The notes: generated by a model from the letters alone, not told the origin. 64,000 nt of DNA from Octopus sinensis (GCF_006345805.1 NC_043009.1:12834001-12898000); one strand, 5' to 3'; numbered from the stretch's first letter, positions 40,036 through 52,191 are shown. Program-made: numbers and translations.

Positions 40036-41513
40036 ATATTGATTATAATTTTAAACTACTTTTCCACATTGCAAGAGTACTAACTGTGCCATCGACACAT
40101 TAGCAGTGTTCTGTCGTATAACGTAAGAGTAGGAGATTACGGAGGCTTTCATATAGAACGTCTTAGAGAAAAACCATAAGTTAAAAAATTCAGCAAAGAA
40201 TACTTCTGTATCGGGAATACTTTTGGTTCCATTGTTCGACTGAAACTGCATTTGGATATACTTGCAACAGATTCTTAAATTGTTTTCTATCTATTAAAGG
40301 ACATCCCGCTCACTGAAATATTGGATATGTAAAAGCATGAGTTTAAACTAATTAAGGATGTTTGACTTTAGCATAAAAATACGCTTGATTTTTCTACTAA
40401 TCATGATTTTCCTGCTAATCATGACGCTAAACAAAATAGCAAGAATGGACAGAAAAAATCAAGAAAGTATAATACTGCATTTCGAATATACCACCTAAAA
40501 TAGAAAAAAAATATACATAGTGGAAATATGGAGTTTAAGCAACTATGAAATATTTTCTGTTCGATTACAGCAATACCCAGTAAAGAAATATGGAAAATGC
40601 ATATCAATTGCTTCAAAACACGAGCGAACAAAACGTTATGTCTTTAATGCATACGGAGAAGTGGCAACAATAATTTTGAAAAAGGTAGAATCCGAGCCAA
40701 AAAGAACAAAAAACATAATTTTAAATCATTTGCCTATAGCCATACAAATACTGTTTTTTTTAATATTTTGACTTCATTCACAGAAAATTTAGATTTCATT
40801 AAAGTCGAGTACAATAGACTGAAGTTTTCTTCTCTTTGCACGATTGTTCATTATATGTAAAATATTCCAGAATATCAGCTTCTAATTTATTCTAATTATT
40901 GCATCTTTATCAGAATGGACGCATCAAATGAGTTTTATTTTATCAGAACAATTGAAATAAATTAGAAAGTGATGAAACTTAGATATATTTACATTTGGAA
41001 ATCTAATACAAATGGCGTTATTAGTTGTTGGTCTTTGTTTCCTGGGTATGAGAGAAGAGGAGGCAGAATTATAAAACATGACTCGGACATTCAGTAATAA
41101 ATAAAAATGTCTTTGATTTCCTTCCTTTCCTTTTCGCTCCCGCCTCTCTTCTCTCTCTCTCCTTCTCCCCACCTCTCTCTCTCTCCCTCTCTCTCTAGCT
41201 ATTTCTACATCTGTTTCCTCTCTGAATGTCTCCATTTACTCTAGCTTTTAATGCTACTTTACATCTGACACGCTGCTTAATTAAAACTCTCCATATTTAT
41301 TACTGTTAAATAACAGAATTTCTCTTAAGTGTTTAATTCAATATGATTGGTGATATTGATAGAAACAGTCAACATGCTATCAATTTCAGCTCATCTGACT
41401 GAGACCCTCTGTCTCCTTTTTCTTCCTTTTCGAATAATATATACACAGATATACAAAATTCGCACCTGCTTTCCTAACTACCCATTTCCCTTAGAACCTA
41501 CCATCTTTCCGAA

Positions 41514-41678
<165 letters not shown>

Positions 41679-41747
41679 GCGACATATATGCATATTATAT
41701 TCACACATACATATATGTACATAATGACATATATGTAAGTATATATA

Positions 41748-41834
<87 letters not shown>

Positions 41835-42395
41835 TCATTATATCGTTTTAATATAATGGGTACTTTCTAGATTAAACACTCAATAAATCTTAAGATAGAA
41901 GGACCGCGAAATGTTATCGTTTGTCAGAGAAAAATAAATTTGTAGCGATCAGAGAAGTGTGGCGGAAATTTACAATGGTGCAGAGGAAACAACGGGTAGA
42001 GGGAGGAGAAAATGCTAGGAAGGCAAATAGTTTTGAAAACAAATTGAGGTTGGAGGAAGAAAATAACAGAAAAATATTTATATATATGAAATCGTTGGAA
42101 GGTGATTTTCAAACTTGTATGTGCATTTCTCGTATCTTACTAACCACTTCAAAACGAGGGTAAACTATTTTCATTTTGAGATTCCTCATATCTCAAAGAA
42201 TATATAATACTGCACTTTTCACGGAAAACGGGGGAAGGTGGAACACTCGAAAATCCCCATCAACCTCAGTGGGCAGGGTGGAGTGGACTGCATGCCCTAG
42301 TTTCCTAGTTTCCCTTCGCCACTGATATATATATATATATATACATACATGCATACATAGATACATACATACATACATACATACACACACACACA

Positions 42396-42437
<42 letters not shown>

Positions 42438-42439
42438 GT

Positions 42440-43130
42440 GTGTATTTTCCCTTGTTAACAATTAACACGGAAAAATAGATAAATAGTTACCAGGGTAGCA
42501 AAAATCACAAAGGTAAAAACTACAGGTTTACGTGAAATTTTAAACGTAGGTGTTATTAAAATTCTTTTACTTCCGACACATGTTTCGAAGATATCACTGG
42601 TATTATTCCAAAGGAATAAGATGGTGTAAAACAATGTAATCTTCTCTTCAGGGAAGTGAAGAAATGAAACTCGTCAATAAGACATTTTAACAGAAAATGA
42701 TGGATATGTATAGTGATTAACTGATCGCTATTAATATTGTTTCAAATAAACGTTATAGGATATAACGTCAGAGGTAGCCTATAGAAAGAGGAGGGATAAA
42801 TTAAAGAAAAACTAAATAAATTAAAAGTATATGACTATATTAAATAAAACCATATAGACTAGGAAAAACATATATATAGTGAATGTGAAATGTAAGAAGA
42901 AAATTAATGTTTAAGTTATATATAATGACAGAAATCTCCTATATGAACTAAAGGTGTGTTTCTGCCAATGTTTACATCTGTATGCACGCTCTATAGCCGT
43001 GTTTACAAGGGGTTTTCAGAAAAAAGAATAAGAAATAGTTCAGAATTACAGATAATTCCTCGCCTTTGTATTTTTATGCAGAAGGTTGAAAAGGAACACA
43101 CGAGTTGATATGTATAAGGAAAATGAGACA
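42440..43130 (-). mobile_element. Penelope-like element 3' end (GIY-YIG C-terminal remnant and UTR/pLTR)
   Basis: Minus-strand translation LCNSELFLILFSENPLVNTAIERAYRCKHWQKHTF resembles the PLE C-terminal LCxxEKxxI...LNxRxE...CRH motif; a hammerhead follows, and the element ends at (TA)n. Confidence 0.75.
42569..42657 (-). ncRNA. canonical type I hammerhead ribozyme
   Basis: Minus strand: ACTTCC-CTGAAGA-GAAGAT...ATCTTC-GAAA-CATGTG-TC-GGAAGT; perfect 6-bp stems I and II, short stem III, GTC cleavage triplet. Confidence 0.88.
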
Positions 43131-43138
43131 AGGTTGAA

Positions 43139-43942
43139 AATGCTAAAATAATTTTATCATGAAGTATATTTTAGTACCGGTTTCACCTTTGCGACTTTTT
43201 CGACTTAGAGTAAAGCATGAAAAACAATTAAATTGTGGAAAAATTAAATGAAATTTAAAACAAAATATTTTCATAGTTTTCAAATGCAAGGGACATTTTC
43301 CCTTTTACTGTATGTCTCTGTCTCCCTTTTTTACTCATGTTAATTATCGGTAGTGGGTAGCAAGTAGTAGTAGTAGTTTAATATGAATTCTTGTTTTTGA
43401 TTGTTTAAGCAGCAGTAGTAGTAGAGAAAGGAGGCGGCGAAGAAGAAGATGAAGAAGACGAAAATGCGGGAGTGGTATGAAAGTTGAAGGATGTTGGTGT
43501 AATCCTCTTAAATGGCCAATAACTACTATTACAACCTCAACGAGTCACTTTTAGGTCACTTGACCATTTAAGAGGATTTCACTAACATCCTACTACTGTC
43601 ATGCCACTCCCGCATTCTTCTTCTTCTTCTTCTTCTTCTTCTTCTTCTCCTCCTCCTTTCTCAACTACTACTTCTGCTTAAACAATCAAAAACAAGAATT
43701 TTATATCAAACTACTACTATCTGCTGCCCACCACGTAGAACTTACAAGAGTAAAAAAGAGAGACGGAGACAGACAGAAAAAAAGAAAATTCCCTTGCATT
43801 TGAAAACTACGGAAATATTTTTAAAAAACATTTCATTTAATTTTTCCACAACTTATTTGTTTTCATGTTTTACTCTAAGTTGAAAAAGTCGCAAAGACTG
43901 CAACCAGTACTAAAATATTTATGATAAAATTATATTCGCATT

Positions 43943-43943
<1 letters not shown>
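43139..43943. repeat. ~800-bp imperfect palindrome ending at (TA)n
   Basis: Arms about 43139-43520 and 43559-43943 are reverse complements (e.g. AATGCGGGAGTGG/CCACTCCCGCATT, AATCCTCTTAAATGG/CCATTTAAGAGGATT, TTTGCGACTTTTTC/GAAAAAGTCGCAAA). Confidence 0.9.
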
Positions 43944-43973
<30 letters not shown>

Positions 43974-43987
43974 TATATATATATACA

Positions 43988-44511
43988 CGAGCAAAATGCC
44001 CCGTCTAATGGATGGTGCTGAGTTGTCAAACATTTAAACCAAATTTTCTCAAAACAACTTGTCCGACCGTCCCATAGGCCTCCCCTTTGAGAAACACTGA
44101 TTTAACCTAAGTTTGAGACACCAGCAAAAGAAGAAATAAAGATAGACTCTTTGCTATTGCAAAGAAAACGATTTTATTCACACAAATATGCAACCGAAGA
44201 GTTTAAGTTACTAGTAATGATAAGGCTGTCGAGTGGGAGAACACAAACATGGTCTAAATAGTAAGCTTGGCAGGAAAGAAACGCGCCTTTAAGCAGTACA
44301 AAAACAACAAAAAATGGAAGGTGCAGTTATGTACAGGTTGACGGAAGAAAAGCAGGACAAAAACGGCTTTATCGATCGCATTCTCACCTGGAATCGATTT
44401 TTATAATTTTTTCAAGACTTGTCGGTATCTACATATCAAATTTGAGCGCAATCGGATGGAGGATGCCCGAGATTTGAGAAGACAAACAGACAGAACGGAT
44501 TTTATATTAGA
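43988..44511 (-). mobile_element. non-autonomous Helitron
   Basis: The minus strand starts A|TCTAATATAAAA...TCTGTCTGTTTGTC...CCGATTGCGCTCAAATTTG and ends in a subterminal hairpin (CCATC-CATTA-GACGG) plus CTCG|T; inserted in a TA tract. Confidence 0.7.
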
Positions 44512-44857
44512 TAAATATATATATATATATATCTTATATGCATGTATGTATTACTTAGTACACTATAAAAATATAAATAAACGCATAGCATTTAAATACA
44601 TTCTTTCTTTACAGGGACCCACAAATCACGTCTGCTCAATATTTTTAATTTTCATGTTTAATGTTTCTGTTTCTGCCAAAGTGCAATTTGTTGATTTGTC
44701 TGTTGTTACCTAAAACTCCACTTAATTCTCCAGAATGAGGAAAATCATTATCAGCATCAACGTCTTTAACTTAAATTGTCCAGTTTAGCTGATAATATTA
44801 AAGAAAATTCTGTCTTCATTCAAGAGGTTGTCAGCCATTTTTGATTGACTTACGCTG

Positions 44858-44919
<62 letters not shown>

Positions 44920-45924
44920 ATCATTATCATTATTGCAATTTCAGTAATCACAAGATTGAAGAGGTTTCTATTCTAAATTATTAGTGTGACTTTTGTTTAA
45001 CACTCACGACGGAATAACAGTGCAAAGAGAAATTGTCTCTGTAGCTTCTATCCGAAAATGAACGGAAAGAAACACGAAACTGCAATTTTCCTGCTACAGG
45101 CGGTGTGAGTGTCAATGGTTAATGGATTTTGGAGAAACCGACAACGTTAATTACACATCTCTGTAAGGACAAACTTATAATAACCAACGACCATATTTTC
45201 CGATCAAAATCTACGACTTGTCTAGTGAAATCAAAAACACTGTTCTTAAACATTTGCATGATTGCCTAGTGTAGAACATAGAAATCGTGTAAATATTTAA
45301 CCCTTGATAATTTCCTAAACTTGAAAAGACAGTGGACTTCAGTAATTCTGCAATCATTATTTTTCTCCTATTTCGTCCAATCTTTTCACCTGCTTTCTTC
45401 TCTTCATCATCCATATACTGGTGCAGTGTGTATATATCAAACACTCAAAATCTCTATACAAACCTACCCCTTCGTAATCTTATCATTTAAATATATTTCT
45501 GTCATAAAAACGAGGAAAAAAAATTGTATCAAGATGATTACAGACTAATACACACGAACGTACGCAATGAAGATCCGAGCCAACAAATGTGGCGTGAGAG
45601 ATTATGATGGAGCTCCGAATCAACGAAGAAGATACGACAGCCAAATCTGATTGAGATTTCGTTCTACACTTTTAAAATAATGGTTAGATTGCTTGATACA
45701 TTCTTAGAAACCGTGTTTGAAAAAAAAAAGAGTATCTGTGTACAGATACTTCCTGTAAACATATACAGGCTATAGCCTGGGTGTTTTTCATTATGATGTG
45801 CTCCGTGTGGAGACGTGTGTCGAAGAGAACAAATGAAACGGACACAACCATAAGTGTAAACAAAATGAAACAGTGAAAACCTAATTCGGGAATCATCAAG
45901 CAATACAAGGCTGAAACAAGCTGA

Positions 45925-46131
45925 ATCTCTTTCTTTCTTTCTTTCTTTTTCTTTCCTTCCTCGTGTCTTTCTTTCTTTTTTTCTTTCCTTCTTTCTTTCG
46001 TTCGTTCTTTCTTTCTTTCTTTCTTTTTTCCTCTTTCTTTCTTCTTTTTTTTTCTTTCTTTCTTTCTTCCTTCTTTCTTTCTTTCTTTCCTTCTTTCTTT
46101 CTTTTTCTTAATTTTTTTCTTTCTTTCTTTT

Positions 46132-46187
<56 letters not shown>

Positions 46188-46300
46188 TTTCTTTCTTTCT
46201 TTCTTTTCTTTCTTTCTTTCTGTCTTTCTTGCCTTCTTTCTTTCTTTCTATTTCTTCCTTCCTTTCTTTCTTTTACTTTCTTTCTTTCTTTCTTTCTTTC
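45925..46300. repeat. (CTTT)n polypyrimidine tract
   Basis: Direct reading; source of the K/E/R-rich and F/L/S-rich ORFs. Confidence 0.95.
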
Positions 46301-46984
46301 TGCCAACTTTAAAAACAAGGGGCTTCAGTGAAGTTTCCTCTTGCTCGGCTTCTACCATATTGTGATTCATGTCGGTTCTTTCTGGTCTACATAGTCTTTG
46401 GCAGGGTGATTATGGTTGAAATAATAATGTGAATAACAAATAGTTGCGGTGTAGACAGAGAGGGAAAGTAGTTATGTAGGAAATAGGATATAGAGAGGAA
46501 TAGGAGGTAAGTATGTATCTGTGGTGTGTAGGTCTTAGAAAGATATGGTGAAGATAATTATTTTGGTATGATATAGGAACTTCGTTACTGTCTAGGGTTC
46601 AGCAAGGCTAGGAATTAACGGGAAAAGACAGATATATAGTATATTTTCTCTAAATTAGTTTCTTTTTTTTATGGTATTCTAGAATCTCCAAAAGAATGCT
46701 TTTAGATAATATAATTCCTCGTATAATATAGGTTAAACTCAAGTTCAATTTGGTATTAGCGTTACTAGTTTCCTATGAACATCTAAAATCAATATTTTTG
46801 AAAGGTTGGATTACGAAAGTTATGCTCCGAAAAATATTTATTAGAATGTTCTGATCCGTTTCTAGCTATTATATTATATTTATATTCTATGAGTGTAGAA
46901 AAATGCTTTGATAACTACTGACTGAGGATGCGGTTTCCATGAGCATATGTATATGAACGTCTTAAAGCATCCATTACGATTGTT

Positions 46985-47413
46985 TGGGTTCAATGAAGAT
47001 TATAACTTGATCCCGGGCGACGCGAACTCGGAACTTGACTACGTTCTGAGGGAGGCGTGGTTGATGGTGGAGGGCGCGGGCACAAGCTATTTCGAGGACG
47101 ATATGTATTATTAGTAATGGACTTAAGTCCAAAAATTGAAAAATTGTAAGAGGATTAATACCTCGTTAGGTATTAATAATGGACTGCTAAGTCCAAAAAT
47201 TGGAAAAATTGTAAGAGGTTTAATACCTCGTTTTGTGTTTATCTTTTTAAAAAGAACAATGTTTTAGAGAAGCAAAAGTCGGCGGGCGCTTTTTGTCTTC
47301 TCCCATCCTTATCATCTTTCTTTCATTATCATTCACCTCATTAATGTCCTCGTCCAGCCCGCAAAGCTAACTTAATCTGTGTACTGCCTTTATGGCAAAT
47401 GTTTTGAAATAAA
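46985..47413 (+). mobile_element. 5'-truncated sister copy of the ORF1-only element
   Basis: 46991-47101 matches 49266-49377 (ORF end) and 47171-47413 matches 49506-49745 (3' UTR); carries its own ~120-bp deletion and ~62-bp duplication. Confidence 0.9.
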
Positions 47414-47426
47414 GTAGCTTGCTAAC

Positions 47427-49745
47427 ACACATGCGCAGTTAGTCAGTTGCTTCCTGTCGAGCCAGAGTGGACGTGAGTTAACCAGCTCCGTCCAATTATA
47501 GAAAAAAGATCAAAAACAGAAAGTTGTCGAGGTGAGTGATTTTGTTTATTGTGAGTTGGGCACAATTTATTGCGTGCTAATTATTATTTCAGTAAGTTGT
47601 GTCCAACTCTGAGACAATTTCGCCTGCTCTCGGCGGCTGTTTTGTTTTTGTGTTCATTGAAAAAAACAGTGGAGGGGCGTATCCTCGGAACCCAATACAG
47701 TTACTGTTAAAATTACCGTTGGCGGTAGCCAGTGCTGTGTTTGGGTTTGTTGAATTTATTCCTTTGTCGGAGTATTTCGCAAGAAAATTATAAGAATAAG
47801 CCACTTTTGGATTACCTTTCGGGCCCATTTTTGTGGAGGTTGTGTTCCAGGTGCGGCGTTCCAGGTTCAACTCAGGCCGGGAGTACCGTAAGGCCAGAAG
47901 ATTTTTGCTGTGTTTTTTTTGTTTATTAACTTTCTTTTGAACTTCATTTCACTCCCCCTTTTGTTTTTTTTTGTTTATTGCGACTTTCCGTTGATTTCTT
48001 CCCTTCTGTTGTGCTTTCTCCTTTTTGTTTTTTCAAAAATCTATCAAATTTTATTTGGACTTTTGAACTTTTTTCTTCTCGCTTTTTAAGTTTAATTTGA
48101 ATATATTTAAAAAAAAAACAAAAAAAAACATGGCAATGAAAAATGAGAAAATTTTGGAATGGGAGATCATACCGCCTAAAAAGTGGTTAAAAGACCGTGA
48201 AGATAGGACGGTGGTGTTGAGAACCTACTCCAAGGCACTCGACACCATCGCCCTATTCGAAAAGACGGCAATTGAAAAGGAGTTGGAAGAGTATTTGCCA
48301 ACAATTAAATTCATTTCCAGGGGTGTCAAATATGCAACGGTGTGTTTGCTATTTGACACCCCTTGCAAATTTGCTAGTAAGCCCCTGGAGGGTAAGGAAA
48401 TTTTATGCCTGCCCACGTACCAAAAAAAGAGACTGACGAAAGCTTGGATTTGCGGGCTGCCACCCGGGATAAGACCCGAGTGGATAGAGGAGACTATCCG
48501 CCGGGGTTTGGGTAGCAGCGAAACTAAGCTCCTTAATGTAAAAGTTCTTCCTGTGGCTGCTTGGGTTGGGTCAAAAGCAATTTTGACCCTGTGGACCCAA
48601 TCAGCCAATCTGGTTCTTCCAGATTTTTTGAAAATGGTCGGGTGCAGGTACCCGGTGATGCTTGAGGGTCGCCCCCCTAAGTGTCATCGGTGCTTGGAGT
48701 CCGGCCATATAAAGAAAAACTGTCCCCGGGAACAAAATAGGATCCCGGAACAGTTAATAGAAACCCCTCTAGAAGAGGGAATGATAACGGCCGAGGAAGC
48801 AGAGGACTTCTCAAACAGAGGCAGAAAGAGGAAGGTGAGCAACAATGGGTGCTCACCAAAGGATACTAGGGATGAGGAGGGAAAGGCGAATCTTCCGGCC
48901 ACGGAGGAGACGCACCCTCCCTCAGTTGAAAAGAAAAAAAAGAAAAAGAGGAAGAGAAACAGGACATTACCGGCTGTCGGTGACATAGCACCGGAATGTC
49001 CCGGAACTACGTCGGTTGGGGTTGTGCCACCGACAGGAGAAGAAATACCGTTGGCGGGAACTGTGCCGCCAATGAAAGAATTGAATATCCCGCAACCGAG
49101 CAAAAACGATGTATTGATCCTCTTCTATAGAGGCGGAGAGATTGAAAAGGTGATGGAAAAGCACCACAAGGGAGCACCTTTAGCCTTCACAAAGGACCCC
49201 GAATGGCCTCCGCAGGTAGCCGTGGAGGCCGTGGCGTTCGACGTGACGCTTGGGCTGAAGGAGCTCAATGAGGATTATAGCTTGGTCCCGGGCGACGCTA
49301 ACTCGGAACTCGATTATGTTCTGAGGGAGGCGTGGTGGATGGTGGAGGGCGCGGACACAAGTTATTTCGAGGACGAGTCAAATTGTGATACGACTTGAGG
49401 GACCCCGACCTAGAGCTGGCGCATTCCTAAGGGAAGTGTAAACCAGGTCTGGGAGGAGGGGCTTTGTGTATTGTATTTATATATGTAATTATTGAACTAT
49501 GTTGTTATTAGTAATGGACTGCTAAGTCCAAAAATTGAAAAAATTGTAAGAGGTTTAATACCTCGTTTTGTGTTTGTTTTTAAAAGAACAATGTTTTAGA
49601 GAAGCAGAAGTCGGCGGGCGCTTTTTGTCTTCTCCCATCCCCACCATCTTTCTTTCATTATCATTCACTTCATTAATGTCCTCGTCCAGCCCGCAAAGCT
49701 AACTTACTCTATGTACTGCCTTTATGGCAAATGTTATGAAATAAA
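47427..49745 (+). mobile_element. apparently full-length L1/Tx1-like non-LTR element encoding ORF1 only
   Basis: About 700-bp 5' UTR, one ORF, about 350-bp 3' UTR ending AATAAA; flanked by duplicated GTAGCTTGCTAAC (47414-47426 and 49746-49758). Confidence 0.82.
48130..49398 (+). CDS. gag-like ORF1 protein (L1/Tx1-type; RRM-like region, CCHC zinc knuckle, basic NLS-like tract), 422 aa from the first ATG
   Basis: The only long non-repetitive open frame in the window; contains TKAWICGLPP (RNP2-like), LPDFLKM...PVMLEGRPPKCHRCLESGHIKKNCP (CX2CX4HX4C) and KKKKKKRKRNR. Confidence 0.85.
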   Translation: MAMKNEKILEWEIIPPKKWLKDREDRTVVLRTYSKALDTIALFEKTAIEKELEEYLPTIKFISRGVKYATVCLLFDTPCKFASKPLEGKEILCLPTYQKKRLTKAWICGLPPGIRPEWIEETIRRGLGSSETKLLNVKVLPVAAWVGSKAILTLWTQSANLVLPDFLKMVGCRYPVMLEGRPPKCHRCLESGHIKKNCPREQNRIPEQLIETPLEEGMITAEEAEDFSNRGRKRKVSNNGCSPKDTRDEEGKANLPATEETHPPSVEKKKKKKRKRNRTLPAVGDIAPECPGTTSVGVVPPTGEEIPLAGTVPPMKELNIPQPSKNDVLILFYRGGEIEKVMEKHHKGAPLAFTKDPEWPPQVAVEAVAFDVTLGLKELNEDYSLVPGDANSELDYVLREAWWMVEGADTSYFEDESNCDTT

Positions 49746-49886
49746 GTAGCTTGCTAACCAACCACATGGTTCCGGGTTCAGTCCCACTGCGTGGCATCTT
49801 GGGCAAGTGTCTTCTGCTATAGCCCCGGGCCGACCAATGCCTTGTGAGTGGATTTGGTAGACGGAAACTGAAAGAAGCCTGTCGTA

Positions 49887-49947
<61 letters not shown>

Positions 49948-50157
49948 TTGTGTGTCTGTGTTTGTCCCCCTAGCATTGATTGACAACCGATGCTGGTGTG
50001 TTTATGTCTCCGTTACTTAGCGGTTCGGCAAAAGAACCCGATAGAATAAGTACTGGACTTACAAAAGAATAAGTCCCGGGGTCGATTTGCTCGATTAAAG
50101 GCGGTGCTCCAGCATGGTCACAGTCAAATGACTGAAACAAGTAAAAGAGTAAAAGAG
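49746..50157 (+). mobile_element. SINE family B lacking its first ~26 nt
   Basis: Starts at GTAGCTTGCTAACCAACC directly after the AATAAA of the ORF1-only element. Confidence 0.92.
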
Positions 50158-50699
50158 ATATGTAATTAAATGAGACAGCTAGTTAGCAGTCATCAAATAT
50201 AAGGGTGTTAGACCACCTAAACTTCTAGAAACAAGAGCTAAAGCACTCTTACTGTTGTCAACGTATATAAATTATATGCATACATGCTGGCAGTGATCGT
50301 AAATGGCCGGAAAGTGGCGAACGGAATATCCCTTTACGATACAGTTTTAGCTTTAGACTGAAACCCTCATCAGAAGGGTCGGCACAAATCGTCATATTCC
50401 GGGCAAACATCAGCACGAGCATACATGTGTACACCATAAAAAATTGTGGATTAATTATCGAATTGCTAATGTGTATACAAATAATTAAATGAGGCAGCGA
50501 GTTAGAAGGGTTTTTACCAAAAAGATAAGAAATAATTGTCATGAAATATGACTGAGGGTGTTAGAACACTTACACTGCTAGAAATAACAGCTGAAGGCCG
50601 CTATTGCTGATGTCAATGTGCATAAATTGTATACATACATACATACATACATACATGCATGCATACATACATACATACATACATACATACATACATACA

Positions 50700-50995
50700 T
50701 TCGTTTATTACTGTTCTTATTTTATTATTACAACTCATGTCCATTGTCCGGAAATCTTTCGTTACACCTCTGTGACCTCTTCAGCGACACATATGTTTGA
50801 CGAAAAATTTCCGAATTATAGACATGAGTTAACATAATGAAATAAAAAACAATAATAAACGAGTGAAGCAAAAACATATTGCGCGTGTGTTTATTTGATC
50901 AAAGAGGGGTAAAAAAGTGACCGTTCCGAAATCAACAACATCTACTTCAACACACGATTTCACATCAGGAATCTTGCAAAACGAATTAATAAACG
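50700..50995. mobile_element. PLE-derived foldback repeat with a hammerhead-like motif
   Basis: Inverted arms about 50700-50767 and 50796-50863; minus strand TGTCG-CTGAAGA-GGTCAC...AAC-GAAA-GATTTC-CGGACA; related to 18536-18716. Confidence 0.6.
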
Positions 50996-51107
50996 TTTAT
51001 ACATACATACATACACACATACATACATACATACATCCATGCATACATACATACATACATACATACATACATACACATACATACATACATACATAATAAT
51101 ACATAAT

Positions 51108-51170
<63 letters not shown>

Positions 51171-52045
51171 AAATGTATATATAATTAAAATAAGCAACAA
51201 GTATATCCAAGGTAGAGTAGTACAATTGTTTCATGCTGTTATATATATATGTATATATATATATACACACATACATATATACATGTATGTATTTATGTAT
51301 GTACTCGTGCCTGAGAGTATGTGTGCCTTTGTGTCAGTTTGTGTGTGTGTGTGTATGTGTGTGTGATTGTAATCTCTAACTGAAATACATTTTTGTGATC
51401 TGTAGTTTTGGAATTACATATATGGATTATTATAATCATGTATTGATGCAAACATTTTATTTATTAAACTCTTCTTGGAATTTACAAGATGTAGTTAACT
51501 CTCATTAGCGTTTTTGTAAAATATAAACGCCCATGCATGTTTAGAATATCTATTGTTATATTCGACAAAATTCAGCACCCACGAACAGGATATTTTTGGA
51601 ATAGTATATATGGAAGAACTTCATGAAATGAATAATTGTGTGTAAATTATAGACTACCTGCTGATGACTTTTGTTTACGGTGGAAACTATCAGGTACATG
51701 TTTGGTATTACTGTTACAAAGAGTATATTCATACCTATAAACGCACACAGACACTCATATATTCTTATGTACGAATATATATATATATATATACGTCCAA
51801 ATAAAAATCTTCCCGCACGTGTATAAACATACATGTATTTCTTTATAAATACATTACATCTGCCGATGTGCACACAGATGCACATATTAGTATAGTTATA
51901 TAAGATGTATTTTATATAACTATACTAATAAATAACTCTCTCAGAGATAGGTTTATATATATGAACACATATCTATCTATCTATCTATCTACCTAAAGGC
52001 CCCCTATCTTCACACACATACACACACGTACACACACATACGCAC

Positions 52046-52103
<58 letters not shown>

Positions 52104-52140
52104 TACATATTCACATGCATACATACACACACACACACAC

Positions 52141-52191
<51 letters not shown>

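Noticed and set aside
45008-45160. Minus-strand segment bounded by TCCTTACAG and GTGAGT (153 bp), a candidate host exon
   Set aside because: All three frames contain stop codons and no partner exons were found; at most a non-coding exon, which cannot be supported without RNA data.
46985-49745. Reading the direct repeats as LTRs of a gag-only LTR element
   Set aside because: No TG...CA ends, PBS or PPT; the upstream repeat includes the ORF 3' end, is diverged and rearranged, and both copies end in AATAAA plus target sequence, which fits tandem non-LTR copies.
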